Shown here piece after piece: positions 35,742 to 46,700 of a DNA stretch of 64,000 bases. The notes under the pieces are model-generated. The model saw only the letters and a program-made list of their open reading frames with translations, was not told the origin of the DNA and made no database searches. Location: the IMG/VR virus record IMGVR_UViG_3300028840_007026, positions 17,356-81,355 of that record; one strand, written 5' to 3'. Positions within the stretch are counted from its first letter, which is position 1. Each line of letters opens with the position of its first letter. Made by a program: the position numbers and the translations under genes. Origin of the DNA: a virus.

Positions 35742-38612
35742 ATGGCAGATGAACAGATCACAATACTTGTCCGGCTGAGGAATCTCGCCGGGAAGCAAAT
35801 TGGTGCGATTCAAAAGGGGATGAAAGGTCTCCAGAAAAGCGTTTATTCTGTGGGGAAAGCATTTACTTCCCTTCAAGCTAAAGTCGCCGGACTCGGCTTG
35901 ACTCTTAGTGCTGGACTTATAACGCGATCTGTTATCAATACTTTTAAGGAATACGATGATACACTACGTGCCGCTGGTGCGGTAACAGGCGCGACCGCGG
36001 AAGAGTTTAAGACTCTGGGGCAGGTTGCTGAGAAAATGGGTAAAACTACTAAATTCTCAGCGGCTCAGGCGGCCGATGGCTTGCGATTACTTGGTATGGC
36101 AGGGTTTAGTGTTATCGAAGCAACCGAAGCCCTTCCTGGGGTTCTCCAGCTTGCTGCCGCTGGAGCGTTAGAATTAGGACAGGCTGCAGACATTGCTACT
36201 AATGTTCTCGCTGGTTTCGGTCTCGAAGTAGAAGATTTATCCGCAGTAAATGATGTTCTCGCCAAAACATTTACTTCCAGTAACTCCACTCTGGTAGAAC
36301 TTGGGGAAGCCTTTAAACTCGTTGGTCCGATTGCAGCTGGTGTAGGTTCTGATTTCGAAGACTTAGTTGGGTCACTTGGCAAGTTGCATGATGCTGGTTT
36401 GAAGGGAACCCTTGCAGGTACTGCTCTTCGTGGAGCTATTGATGCTCTTCTCAATCCAACAAAAGAAGAAGCGAAGTTGATGAAGGAACTTGAGCAACGA
36501 ATGGGGGGAGTAGCACTCCGAGTTAGGGATAATGAAGGCAATTTCATCGGCTTCGTGGAAATTATAAGACAACTTGAAGCGGCAGGATTGAAAGGTGATG
36601 AAGCATTGAAGCTTTTTGGACTCCGTGCTGGTCCTGGTATGGCAGCACTTCTCAGCGTTGGATCCAAAGAGCTTGATAAATACGTTGATGATCTTAAGGA
36701 TGCTGGTGGAACTGCGAAGCAAATAGCTGAAGATATGGAAGCAGGGATCGGAGGTGCTTCAAGGAGAACCGCTGCAGCAATGGAAGGAGTAAAAATAGCA
36801 CTTGGCAGAGCCTTTGAAGAGGAGTTGATTCAAGGGTTTGACTATATAACTGAGAAAATATCTGCTTTCATAGAAGAAATCGATCGTCTCGATAGAGAGG
36901 GAACCCTTGAGGAATGGGGAAAAGTCGCAAAGGAAAGTATTCAGGTAGTAATGAAGTTCCTTGGGAAATTGATTGAAGAAGTGATGATCGTTGGACGTGC
37001 AATGGGAACGGTAGCACTTGCGATTGAAGGTTTGTTCACCGGCAACTTTACTGCTGCCGGTGAATCTCTTCGGGGCGTGAGTAAAGCGTTCCACGAATTT
37101 GCAGGACTACCTTGGAAGGAATCTGGAGATGATGTAATTGAAGTTTTTCACAAAATAGATGAGCAGGGAAACGTAGTTTCCAAAAATATCATTAACCGCA
37201 GCAAACAAGAAAGGGAAGCACTTGAGAAGGACATAAGTGCTCTTGATCGTGCTCTTGAGTCAATGAGAAATAAGACCGAAGGGAAGACCGGTCCAATCGG
37301 TCGAAGGCCTACGAAAACAACTGTCACCGCTGAAATCAAGCCCGAAATAACCGATGTAACCCAATTAAAAACAGAAGCAATGAAGATCAAGTCCATTATC
37401 GAGCGAGAACTTGTGGAACTTGATGCAGCCTACGCTGGTGGATTGGTTACTTTGGAAGATTACTTCAAAGAACGTGAGCGGAAAATAATTGAGGCAGCGG
37501 AATCAGAAATCAAAGTACTACAAATTTCCGCTGATCGTGAAACGGATATAAATAAACGGGCATTAATGGATGCGAGGATCTTCACAATGAGGCAAGAGTT
37601 AAAACAAAACCTGTTTGAGTTGGAACAGGAAGCACTTGCCGAACGTGATAAGTTGAGACAGGAAGAAGTAGAGCTTGAGAAAAAGGCAGCACTTGCAAAA
37701 GAAATAATTGCGAGACAATTTAATAACGTTAAAGCGAGACTTGCATCGATGGAAGGTGCAGGTCTTGAAACCCAATTCGCAAAGGAGATTGCAGATCTAC
37801 AGGAACGTCAAGATCGTGAAATAGCAATGCTTGAAGAGCATAATGCAAAAAAGGAGCAAATAAACGAGCTCTATAGGCAACATGAATTGGAGAAGCAAAA
37901 GGTAGCGGAGGATCAAGCGAGAAGAGAACTCCAATACAGGTTAACTACTGCTTCGGAAGTAGCTGGTGGACTTGCCAATATCATGGAGGAAATGTACGAT
38001 CTTTCCGGCAAGAAATCGAAGGAAATGTTCTACCTCGTTAAGGCAGCGAAGATTGCTGAGGCGACAATCAATGTGGCAAATGCTGTCACCGGAGCACTTG
38101 GAGCTCCACCTTATAGCACTGGAGCAATTGTAAACGCTTCGATTATAGGTGCAATGGGAGCAGTACAAATAGCAAAGATCGCAGCGACAAACCTTGCTGA
38201 AGGTGGAGAAGTTCCTGGGCATTCCCCTCACAAAAAAGCGGATAATATTCCGGCTCATTTGACTGCCGGTGAATGGGTTCAGCCGGTTGATACAGTGAGA
38301 TACTACGGTACAGGTATTATGGAAGCATTGAGAAAAAGATTAATTCCCAGAGAACTTTTCTCAGGGTTTTCCATGCCGTCTGTACCACGTTCAACAAGGG
38401 TGGCTCGTTTCGCTGAAGGTGGTGCAGTAGCTGGTCCGCAGATGGTGACGCCAGAAGCAGGTGCGAAAGAGGAGAAAATTGACATTGTGAATGTAATTGA
38501 CCAATCTGTTTTTGACCGGTACTTATCTTCTACTCCAGGTAAGAAAACCGTTTTCAATGTCATTAGAGGCAATGCCTACGAACTTAAAAATATATTAGCG
38601 ACGGAGGTCTAA
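35742..38612 (+). CDS. Tape measure protein (TP901 family)
   Basis: GKTTKFSAAQAADG..LGMAG, G..GT.AGTALR and AEGG...AHLTAGEWV motifs. Confidence 0.95.
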   Translation: MADEQITILVRLRNLAGKQIGAIQKGMKGLQKSVYSVGKAFTSLQAKVAGLGLTLSAGLITRSVINTFKEYDDTLRAAGAVTGATAEEFKTLGQVAEKMGKTTKFSAAQAADGLRLLGMAGFSVIEATEALPGVLQLAAAGALELGQAADIATNVLAGFGLEVEDLSAVNDVLAKTFTSSNSTLVELGEAFKLVGPIAAGVGSDFEDLVGSLGKLHDAGLKGTLAGTALRGAIDALLNPTKEEAKLMKELEQRMGGVALRVRDNEGNFIGFVEIIRQLEAAGLKGDEALKLFGLRAGPGMAALLSVGSKELDKYVDDLKDAGGTAKQIAEDMEAGIGGASRRTAAAMEGVKIALGRAFEEELIQGFDYITEKISAFIEEIDRLDREGTLEEWGKVAKESIQVVMKFLGKLIEEVMIVGRAMGTVALAIEGLFTGNFTAAGESLRGVSKAFHEFAGLPWKESGDDVIEVFHKIDEQGNVVSKNIINRSKQEREALEKDISALDRALESMRNKTEGKTGPIGRRPTKTTVTAEIKPEITDVTQLKTEAMKIKSIIERELVELDAAYAGGLVTLEDYFKERERKIIEAAESEIKVLQISADRETDINKRALMDARIFTMRQELKQNLFELEQEALAERDKLRQEEVELEKKAALAKEIIARQFNNVKARLASMEGAGLETQFAKEIADLQERQDREIAMLEEHNAKKEQINELYRQHELEKQKVAEDQARRELQYRLTTASEVAGGLANIMEEMYDLSGKKSKEMFYLVKAAKIAEATINVANAVTGALGAPPYSTGAIVNASIIGAMGAVQIAKIAATNLAEGGEVPGHSPHKKADNIPAHLTAGEWVQPVDTVRYYGTGIMEALRKRLIPRELFSGFSMPSVPRSTRVARFAEGGAVAGPQMVTPEAGAKEEKIDIVNVIDQSVFDRYLSSTPGKKTVFNVIRGNAYELKNILATEV

Positions 38613-38614
38613 TC

Positions 38615-39631
38615 ATGATTCTCACCCCTCAATTTAAAACAGGAACGGTTCCCGGTTTTGCTGGTGGGAATAACGTAGGCTTATTGCAAACCCTTGTGAC
38701 ATGGTTAACGAGCAACCCTGGAGTGAGTGGATTAGACTGGTCCTTGGAATTTGATGATGAGGCAAGAGATGATGATGGGACCACTTCGTCTTATGGTTCG
38801 ACGTATAGGGAAGTAATTCTCTATAATGATGGGCTGAGTGGAAATGAGAACATCTTCATTGGAATGCGAGAATTCTATTATATCAGTTCTCAGCTTTATG
38901 GGTGGAACTTGAATGGATATACTTCCCTTCCGTCCACGTGGAACGGTGCTGCTGCAACAACTCACCAATTGAGCGACTTTAGTTCTACTACCAAAAGTTG
39001 GACAATGCTGCCTTCGCTTCAGTTGTTTAATGCCGAGATGGCTTACTGGTTTTATGCTACCTCAGAGTTTGTATTCGTTGCTGTTCGTGTCGGTTCGAGT
39101 TATTACCAGTGCTACCTTGGGAACGGGGCGAGATTAGGCTCTCCTGAGTCCTACCCATATCCTCTCGTAATAGCTGGGAGTGAAAGAGGGGATACCAGCT
39201 ATCAGGATGGTGGATTTGGACCAGTGAGACCGATGAATGATATAAATGAGTGCTCCAATTTTATAGTGGATCCAGCGGGTACATTTAAAAAGTTTAGTGG
39301 GGATCTTCTCGTTATTCCCATGCAGGCGAATACAAATACTTCTCCTTTGGTAACATCACCGAATGGTGCTGCTATTCTCATGCCTGTTTTTTATATAACA
39401 GACACGAATGTCACTTGTGTCCAGCTTTATAACGTAGCTGCCTACCGGAATTTGAATACCCAGAGTGAAGAGGAAGTAGTTGATAGCGACAGCAACCTTT
39501 GGAGAATATTTGCACAGGGTAAAAACGACTATGAGTATGATTGGCTCGCTGTTTTAGAGCAACAAAATTATACTACCACTACCACTACGGTTACATCAAC
39601 AAGTTCTACCACCACTACGACGACGGTTTAA
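38615..39631 (+). CDS. Tail tip / virion structural protein with Thr tag
   Basis: Follows the tape measure gene; YPYPLVIAG motif; ends TTTTTTVTSTSSTTTTTTV*. Confidence 0.75.
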   Translation: MILTPQFKTGTVPGFAGGNNVGLLQTLVTWLTSNPGVSGLDWSLEFDDEARDDDGTTSSYGSTYREVILYNDGLSGNENIFIGMREFYYISSQLYGWNLNGYTSLPSTWNGAAATTHQLSDFSSTTKSWTMLPSLQLFNAEMAYWFYATSEFVFVAVRVGSSYYQCYLGNGARLGSPESYPYPLVIAGSERGDTSYQDGGFGPVRPMNDINECSNFIVDPAGTFKKFSGDLLVIPMQANTNTSPLVTSPNGAAILMPVFYITDTNVTCVQLYNVAAYRNLNTQSEEEVVDSDSNLWRIFAQGKNDYEYDWLAVLEQQNYTTTTTTVTSTSSTTTTTTV

Positions 39632-39641
39632 GGAGTAAACC

Positions 39642-40763
39642 ATGATATTAGATTATATTACCCATGTCAATGTACCCGATGGAGTAGAAGCAATGGATTA
39701 TGTTCGCCAATTTGCTGTTTCCAAAGGTTGGTCGCAAATTGAGTGGAGAAAATGGTTTGATTGGGAATATAATTCTACCCTCGGTGTGAATGAATGGAGT
39801 AGTGATTCAAGTGCTGCTTACCTTTGCCTTCAAAGTTCCGGTTACGGTTCGACGGTCCTTAGGTTTAAAATGGCTTTGACTCTTGGTAGAAGAACTCATG
39901 TTCATCATTACTTTCATATTGCTGGTGTTTCTAACACTACTTACGTTTCAGGTGATAGTTCATATAGGTTACATCCATATTGTCAATATGCTTTAACTTC
40001 TCCCAAACTTACAACGGATTATCCCTATGAAAGAGATCCAGCAATGGACCTTTCATATTCCACGATTGATAAAATGTGGATCTTTGGGGATGATAAATGG
40101 ATATGTGCTTTCGTTGATTTTGATGGGAACAATGTTCATGCTTTCCACTTTGGTCAATTTGAGATGTTTGAAACTGCTCCTACCTCCGGTATGGTTTTCG
40201 GCCATCATACCCAGTACAGTACCAGTGTTGCTCCGGTTCTATATGAACACCATAATGTAAGTAGTACTGATTCTGGATCTGCATTCTGGCCGAAAGTATA
40301 TTCTACTTATTTGTCTCGCAGAGTATCAAGTATGGATTTTTGCTATGATACATCCGGTAGTGGAAACGGTGCCAGTCATATATTTGCTGCCAGTCCTTAT
40401 ATAACGTTAGCTTGTAATGTGACTCCGCGGTATTCAGGGTGGAATGGTGTAGGTGCAGGTAGAATATGGGATTATGTGAGTGGACTTCAACTACTCACTA
40501 CTGATCCAAACACAAGTATTCCAAACCTTATCAATGCAGTTAGCCCGAACACCTATTCGAACAGACGCGTGATGATGAAGCCGGTTTTCTTTACCTATGA
40601 TGGTGCTACTACCTATGTTCCATTCTGCAAAGCGAATTACTATATTATTCCATGGGGTGGATTGTCAATTGGGGAAATACTCACCTACGGTACTGAGCAA
40701 TATGTAGCATTTCCGCTCGGTCACATTACAGATCCTTACGGAGTAGCTATAAGGATAGCATAA
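39642..40763 (+). CDS. Virion structural protein
   Basis: Beta-rich; GEILTYGTEQYVAFP C-terminus; lies in the tail module. Confidence 0.7.
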   Translation: MILDYITHVNVPDGVEAMDYVRQFAVSKGWSQIEWRKWFDWEYNSTLGVNEWSSDSSAAYLCLQSSGYGSTVLRFKMALTLGRRTHVHHYFHIAGVSNTTYVSGDSSYRLHPYCQYALTSPKLTTDYPYERDPAMDLSYSTIDKMWIFGDDKWICAFVDFDGNNVHAFHFGQFEMFETAPTSGMVFGHHTQYSTSVAPVLYEHHNVSSTDSGSAFWPKVYSTYLSRRVSSMDFCYDTSGSGNGASHIFAASPYITLACNVTPRYSGWNGVGAGRIWDYVSGLQLLTTDPNTSIPNLINAVSPNTYSNRRVMMKPVFFTYDGATTYVPFCKANYYIIPWGGLSIGEILTYGTEQYVAFPLGHITDPYGVAIRIA

Positions 40764-41839
40764 TGCCAAATTATTTTCTCACATCGAATGATGATATGGT
40801 AGCCGTATCCGGCGAATCCACAACTGTTGCAAGAGATCAAAGCAGTGATCTTGGAGTAGGTGGAGTTCCATGGGATACACTTTACTACCCATTTCACAGT
40901 ATGTCTTTTGACTATACTCATAAGGCTCTTAGGTTTCCCGGTAATGCGATTTATATGAATAATTATGCTTATGATTTCATTTACAATCGCATATGGGTCA
41001 CTTCTCTCATTGAATTTGGATTGATTTCAGAGCTGAGTACTGGATACGTTTACATTTGGAATTCAAACCTGACATTTTCTGTGGCTCTCACCTCCTTTAC
41101 AGATCCGGGTGATGTGGGAATACAAATTGATACTGTTACAGTGCCGACTTATATTACACCTAATAACTATATCAGCTACGCGGTATATGTTCCCATTGCT
41201 GGTCCGGCTGAACAGGATACTACTTACGAATGGGTAGTATATGGACAAAGCAGGGAAACACGCGTGACCGCGACACGGCTAATTCCGTTTGTCTACGACA
41301 TTGATTGGGTGAATGATGAGGATTTGCTCTATGAGTATTTTACTTCTGTTTATAGAGCGAAAACAACTCATGAGCAGAGAAGATCGATGATCAATAGTCC
41401 GATAAGAAAATCGACTTTTATCATCACTTTAGAAAAACAGCTTGCGAACCATTTCCAAGGGAAGATGAGAGGTTCCATTGGAAAGTATTTTGTTGTACCT
41501 ATTTACAGTGAATTCTTTACTACCTCAACAAGTTTGTCCGGTGCGACTACCATTATTGGAAATGAAGATTTGACATACTACTGGAATCTTCAAAAGTATT
41601 GTGACTACATTTTGATCGTTGACCATGAATCAAGGTTGGTTGAATCGAAATCTATTTCCGGTATTGCAGGTAGTACTATATCTCTCTACAATGCAGTTAA
41701 TAAAACATTTGATAATACGAGGGTAGTCATATATCCAGCTTATGTTGGAGTGATTTCTAATCTGACGATGAGAAATTATACGAGCAATATAGTTCGGGCA
41801 AATATTAGTTTTCAGGAGGTGAGAGCGAATGGCGTCTGA
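40763..41839 (+). CDS. Tail tip protein
   Basis: DW...Y.T.V.....EQRR pattern of distal-tail-like proteins. Confidence 0.65.
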   Translation: MPNYFLTSNDDMVAVSGESTTVARDQSSDLGVGGVPWDTLYYPFHSMSFDYTHKALRFPGNAIYMNNYAYDFIYNRIWVTSLIEFGLISELSTGYVYIWNSNLTFSVALTSFTDPGDVGIQIDTVTVPTYITPNNYISYAVYVPIAGPAEQDTTYEWVVYGQSRETRVTATRLIPFVYDIDWVNDEDLLYEYFTSVYRAKTTHEQRRSMINSPIRKSTFIITLEKQLANHFQGKMRGSIGKYFVVPIYSEFFTTSTSLSGATTIIGNEDLTYYWNLQKYCDYILIVDHESRLVESKSISGIAGSTISLYNAVNKTFDNTRVVIYPAYVGVISNLTMRNYTSNIVRANISFQEVRANGV

Positions 41840-42458
41840 TATTCAAACATTAGATGACTTGGAAATATTTCCATTCTACCCCAATTATGACAAGGGAGTA
41901 GATGTAAACATTTTGGGGGGATATGAAGTAACCCAATTTGGAAGATATTCCCCTATGGATATCGTGGAAGATACGGCAGACAAGCAATTAACAGTGTTGA
42001 TGAATTTAGTACTTACCACGAAACAAGAGAAGTACAATTTTCTCCAATTCATGGATGATCACAAAGGACAGTTGAAGAAGTTTTGGCTCTATGCAAATGT
42101 AAATGAATTCAATTTGAAAGAAGCAATTGCAGCAAGTGCTTCCACAATGCTCGTTGAGGATACTGAATATCATAGTTATTACAAGGTTGGGGATCGAATA
42201 TACTTTTACTTAAAAACGGGTGACGTGATTGTAAGAAAAGTTCAATCCGTAACATACGATGCAATTGGAGAAGATATTACAATCACGTTTACTACCCAGA
42301 TGCCAGCATATGAAATCGGTTTGAACGATGTGTATGAAATCGGCAGAGTGCTCTGCTGCCGTTTTGATCACGACTCTTTTGAAGTTCCGAATAAGAATAC
42401 TACCGTAGCAACAACGAAAGTCCGGTTTTTAGAATTACCAAAGGAGTATCCATCATGA
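41829..42458 (+). CDS. Distal tail-like protein (DUF2460-like)
   Basis: F...HKGQLKKFW...CRFD.D pattern. Confidence 0.6.
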   Translation: MASDIQTLDDLEIFPFYPNYDKGVDVNILGGYEVTQFGRYSPMDIVEDTADKQLTVLMNLVLTTKQEKYNFLQFMDDHKGQLKKFWLYANVNEFNLKEAIAASASTMLVEDTEYHSYYKVGDRIYFYLKTGDVIVRKVQSVTYDAIGEDITITFTTQMPAYEIGLNDVYEIGRVLCCRFDHDSFEVPNKNTTVATTKVRFLELPKEYPS

Positions 42459-43255
42459 CGGATTATAGTAGCAATTTGGCAGCGGTTGAGCAAATACCTT
42501 TCATAGAACTATATAAGTTCCAGAGAGGTTTTGAGTACTTTCGGTACACCAATCATGAAGCAGATGTAGTGTTTCAAGATGAGAGTTATATATCGGCAGC
42601 CATTACGAGAGGCGAATTCAACGTCGATACAAACTTGTCTACCGTTTCAACTACTGTGGGAGCAGCCATCTTCGATGACTTTGGAGTTTACATTGCTACT
42701 CAACCATCCAATAGAACAAGGTTGTCGATTCGCAGAGCAGTATCAGATGATCTAACTGAGTTTGTAGTTATATTTGATGGATGGGTGACCGGAGTACAAT
42801 TTAATGAGAATAACGAAGCGTCCTTGTCTGTAGAACAGAAGTCAAATGTTCTCAGTAAGGAAGTGGATATGTTTACTCATTCTTGTGTATGTAATCATAA
42901 TATCTTCTACGGTGGATGTTCTCTTGATGTAATCCAATATCGTCTCGTTACAAGCAATATAACAGTAATCGGTTCCGACATTTATAGTACCGAAGTGGAT
43001 ACTTATGATGATGGATATTTTACTGGTGGTGAGGTTTTCGTAACCGACGATTCCCGCATGATCACAAATCATGTGGGTAATAAGCTAACTTTACACGTAC
43101 CGTTTGATTCACGCGTTGTGACGGGCTCTGAGATAACAATTCTTCCCGGTTGTGACCGTTTAATTACTACCTGTATAAATAAGTTTGATAATTTGGTCGA
43201 TTTCCTTGGAATGCCTTTGATCCCAAGTAAAAATCCAGTTATATGGGGATTCTAA
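42455..43255 (+). CDS. Baseplate hub, BR0599/GTA-like, with Cys cluster
   Basis: C.H..Y..GC and PGCD....TC..KFDN...F.G.P.IP..NP. Confidence 0.85.
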   Translation: MTDYSSNLAAVEQIPFIELYKFQRGFEYFRYTNHEADVVFQDESYISAAITRGEFNVDTNLSTVSTTVGAAIFDDFGVYIATQPSNRTRLSIRRAVSDDLTEFVVIFDGWVTGVQFNENNEASLSVEQKSNVLSKEVDMFTHSCVCNHNIFYGGCSLDVIQYRLVTSNITVIGSDIYSTEVDTYDDGYFTGGEVFVTDDSRMITNHVGNKLTLHVPFDSRVVTGSEITILPGCDRLITTCINKFDNLVDFLGMPLIPSKNPVIWGF

Positions 43256-43260
43256 TTCAA

Positions 43261-43770
43261 ATGGAATACAGACCAGCATTTACAAATAATGAAGCACTTT
43301 GGAAGCAATTCCAGGAAGAACTTTATTCCTGGAAAGCGACTGAGTATAAATGGTTGCAGGTTGCGAAAGGGATGTATGCCGATTGCTCAACATACATTTG
43401 TCAATCCCTTGTCAATATAAAAATACTTAGGCAATTTGACTTCCCTAAAACCGTTAGCAGGGTTTGGTTTCGGGATCCCAATGACGACCAAATCTTTCAA
43501 CACATGGATGAAAATTTTAAGCGTTATTCGGACAGTAAATTCTCATGGCAATTTTTTAGAGTAGATGAGGAATTCGATTCGTATCTCAAGGGCGACATTG
43601 TTTTGTTTATTGTCAGGAGAAATATAAGAGTATTTAATCATGCAGGAGTTTATTTAGGCAATGAGAAAATGATACATAACAGTGAGGGATCATGTGTGAG
43701 ATTTTCTGATTTTGATCATCGGTGGAAAAGAGTTTGTAAGGGAATCTTTCGTTTACAGGAGTGGATATAA
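43261..43770 (+). CDS. NlpC/P60 tail-associated peptidase
   Basis: W..T.Y, ADCS, GDIVLF and HAGVYLG..KMIH. Confidence 0.85.
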   Translation: MEYRPAFTNNEALWKQFQEELYSWKATEYKWLQVAKGMYADCSTYICQSLVNIKILRQFDFPKTVSRVWFRDPNDDQIFQHMDENFKRYSDSKFSWQFFRVDEEFDSYLKGDIVLFIVRRNIRVFNHAGVYLGNEKMIHNSEGSCVRFSDFDHRWKRVCKGIFRLQEWI

Positions 43771-46700
43771 TGGCATTACTACCGTACCTCGGATATGCTT
43801 TGATGGTAATAGGTCTCGCCTATAGTGTTTATATGATGACTAAAGGTGGACCGGAGATGGATTCTTTAGATCCATCCACCATCGATGACTTTGCTATTAC
43901 TACCGCAGATGAGGGTTCCAAGGTTCCTCTCATTTATGGTATCAAAAAGGTTACTGGAAATATCATCTACTATGGTGGACTGCGAGCAAAACCGATAACT
44001 GAAACAGTTCAGTCAGGTTGTAGTTCTGAAAAAGTAATCGTTGGTTATGACTACTACATTGACATTTGGATGACTTTAGCTCATGGACCTGTTTCACTGC
44101 TTGCAACTTATGTTAATGAGGAATTGACTGGAGTACTTGGAACAGGAGAAATTTCATATCATCAGAGAATATTTTCTAACGGTGTTCCGGGAAATGGCGT
44201 GGATGCTCCTATTGCTGGACAGAGCCCACTACCAGGTATTGCTTGGATTTACTATGAGCAGTTGTACCTTGGAGAAAATGTTCAGTCAGTTCCAACAATA
44301 CATTATGTACTTCAATGCCTTCCAACTGCTCACCCGTTTTCCTATGTTGAAACTGGAAATGGTGGAGTGAACCCTGCTACCGTAGTTTATGATTTGTTGG
44401 TGAGAAGTGGAGTTGATTATGACGGTGTAAATGCTACCTCTTTTGAAAATGCTTCCCTGTACTGGTTCAATAAGGAGTATGGGTTGCATATGGTTTATAA
44501 AAATGCGATCAAGTGTAGAGACGCAATAAAAAAGGCATTGCAGGTAGTTGGTGGATCATTTACGGAAGATACTGACGGGAAGTTTTATCTGATTCCGTTT
44601 GATGAAACAGAAACATCTTCTGCTACTCTTGATTTCGATCAAGGAGAAGTGAGAAATTTTAAATTTTATCGCCCAATGTGGGATACGTTATATTCTGATT
44701 TTGTTGCAACATATATTGATAGAAATAAGGACTATTCAAAGAGAACCGTAAGGGCTTATAATCCGGCACTTCACAGAATTCTTGGTAGAAGAGTTGAACA
44801 AGCTGTAGACTTAAAACATTTTATTGATTTAGATGTAGCGAGTAAACGTGTATGGGAGATAATGAAAGAAGCGACTTATCCTGGAGCTCAAATTGAATGT
44901 GAAGTTCCATTTAGATTTTCTGGACTTCTCGTTGGACAAGTTGTAACAGTAAATAATTCTCGCTTCGGAATTTCCAATGCCAAATTCCGGTTGATGACAA
45001 AAAACATAAAGGGTTTGGACGAGAACTTTTTCGGTGTTTCCCTTAAACAGATGACCGAAGAGTTATACGATTCAAATTGGGAAACCAGTGGAGGTAGTAA
45101 TTGGGAAATTCCAGACTATACTCCTGACCCACTTTACAAAGCGAGTGTTTGGCAATTACCTTTTAACCACATGACAGGGACTGGGGATTACAATACTGGT
45201 TTTTACCTTGTTCTCGCTGCTCGTAAGAACTTGCATGAATCAGGTTACTACCTGAGATATTCCCAAAATGGGAACGTTTATGATCCAGTTGCAGGGGATG
45301 CATTTTCTCAGTATGGGACACTTGATGAGGCTTACGGTATAACGAATGAAATTGATGAAACGGTAGGATTCACATATACACCGTATAGAGAAGATCCAGC
45401 ATTCGATAGTATAGCGATTGAAGATGCTATTAATATGAATCGAATGGCTCTCATCGAAGATGAGTTGATTGGTTTTACTACCGTTACAAATAATGCGAAT
45501 GGAAGCATTACTCTTACCGGTATTATTAGGGGAATGTTGGGTACCACGATTGCAGCACATAACTCAGGGGTAGATATTTGGATATTTACCCCGACAACTC
45601 CTGGCTTGATCTTCTCAAGTGCAGATTCAAGTTTTTATCTAATGTTCCAACCACATTCAATTTCAGGAGTAGTCGCAACTGAAGATGCAACGGTTATAAA
45701 TGTCACGAAGGATTCCACTAAACTTGTTCCTCCGGCTCCAGTAGTAAGTGTTGAGAGAACTGCGACGGATGACTTTACTATCACATGGTATCCATTTACG
45801 GGAGCTTTTATAGGTGCAGGTCAAACGGGAGAAGAGTCGTTCAATACTGCCGTTCCTTATGCTGGTCCGGGAGCAGGATTGAATGCTTACAAATTTAATT
45901 ATACTGCAATTGTCTACCACTACCAAACCAAGTCCGTGGACTTCACTTATCCCTATGCCACATATGATTTAAGGGCTACGTGGAAGTTGAACAATAATGC
46001 TGTTACGGCCGAAGCGAGACCATCATTACCTTCAGTTGGTAGTACAACTTGGGCAGGTAGAAATATTCCAAACGCTACCACTGGCTTGTTGAAGATTGAT
46101 TATGGAATGGAGAACTTTATAGAATTCATTGACTACAATGCTGATATTATTGATAACTTTTTTAATATGGCAAGTCTTCTGGATGTGAGTTTGACTTCTC
46201 TTGCAGATGAAGATTACCTTATGTATGACCATGCTTCAGGAAAGTTTGTCAATGTCGATTTGGCTACAATGAATGTAGAAGTGACCACCACTACATCCAC
46301 GACAACTACTACCACTACGAGTACAACTACTACGTCAACAACCACCACGACAGCAACGACAACCACCGGGACTACTGTTCCTGGCGGGACAACTACTACG
46401 GCTCCACCGGAAGCATATTCTACCGGTTTGAGTTTAATTGACGATACTTCCCCTCTTACAAGTACGCTGGACTATAGAGCTTCGGCGGTTGACGGAAACT
46501 ACGATACAAAGATTTTCTCATCTGCCCCGTCTGGAGTTGATGAACCTGATTTCCAGGAAAGGGAAGGTTGGTTGAGCGACAGGTCCATCGGTAAGAATCT
46601 TGAATCTCCGACTCTCTGTTATGGAATGAAGATAGTGATGCGAGCAACGGATTCGAAAGTACTCGCCAATCACTATGATCCTTCACCATTGAGAAATTAC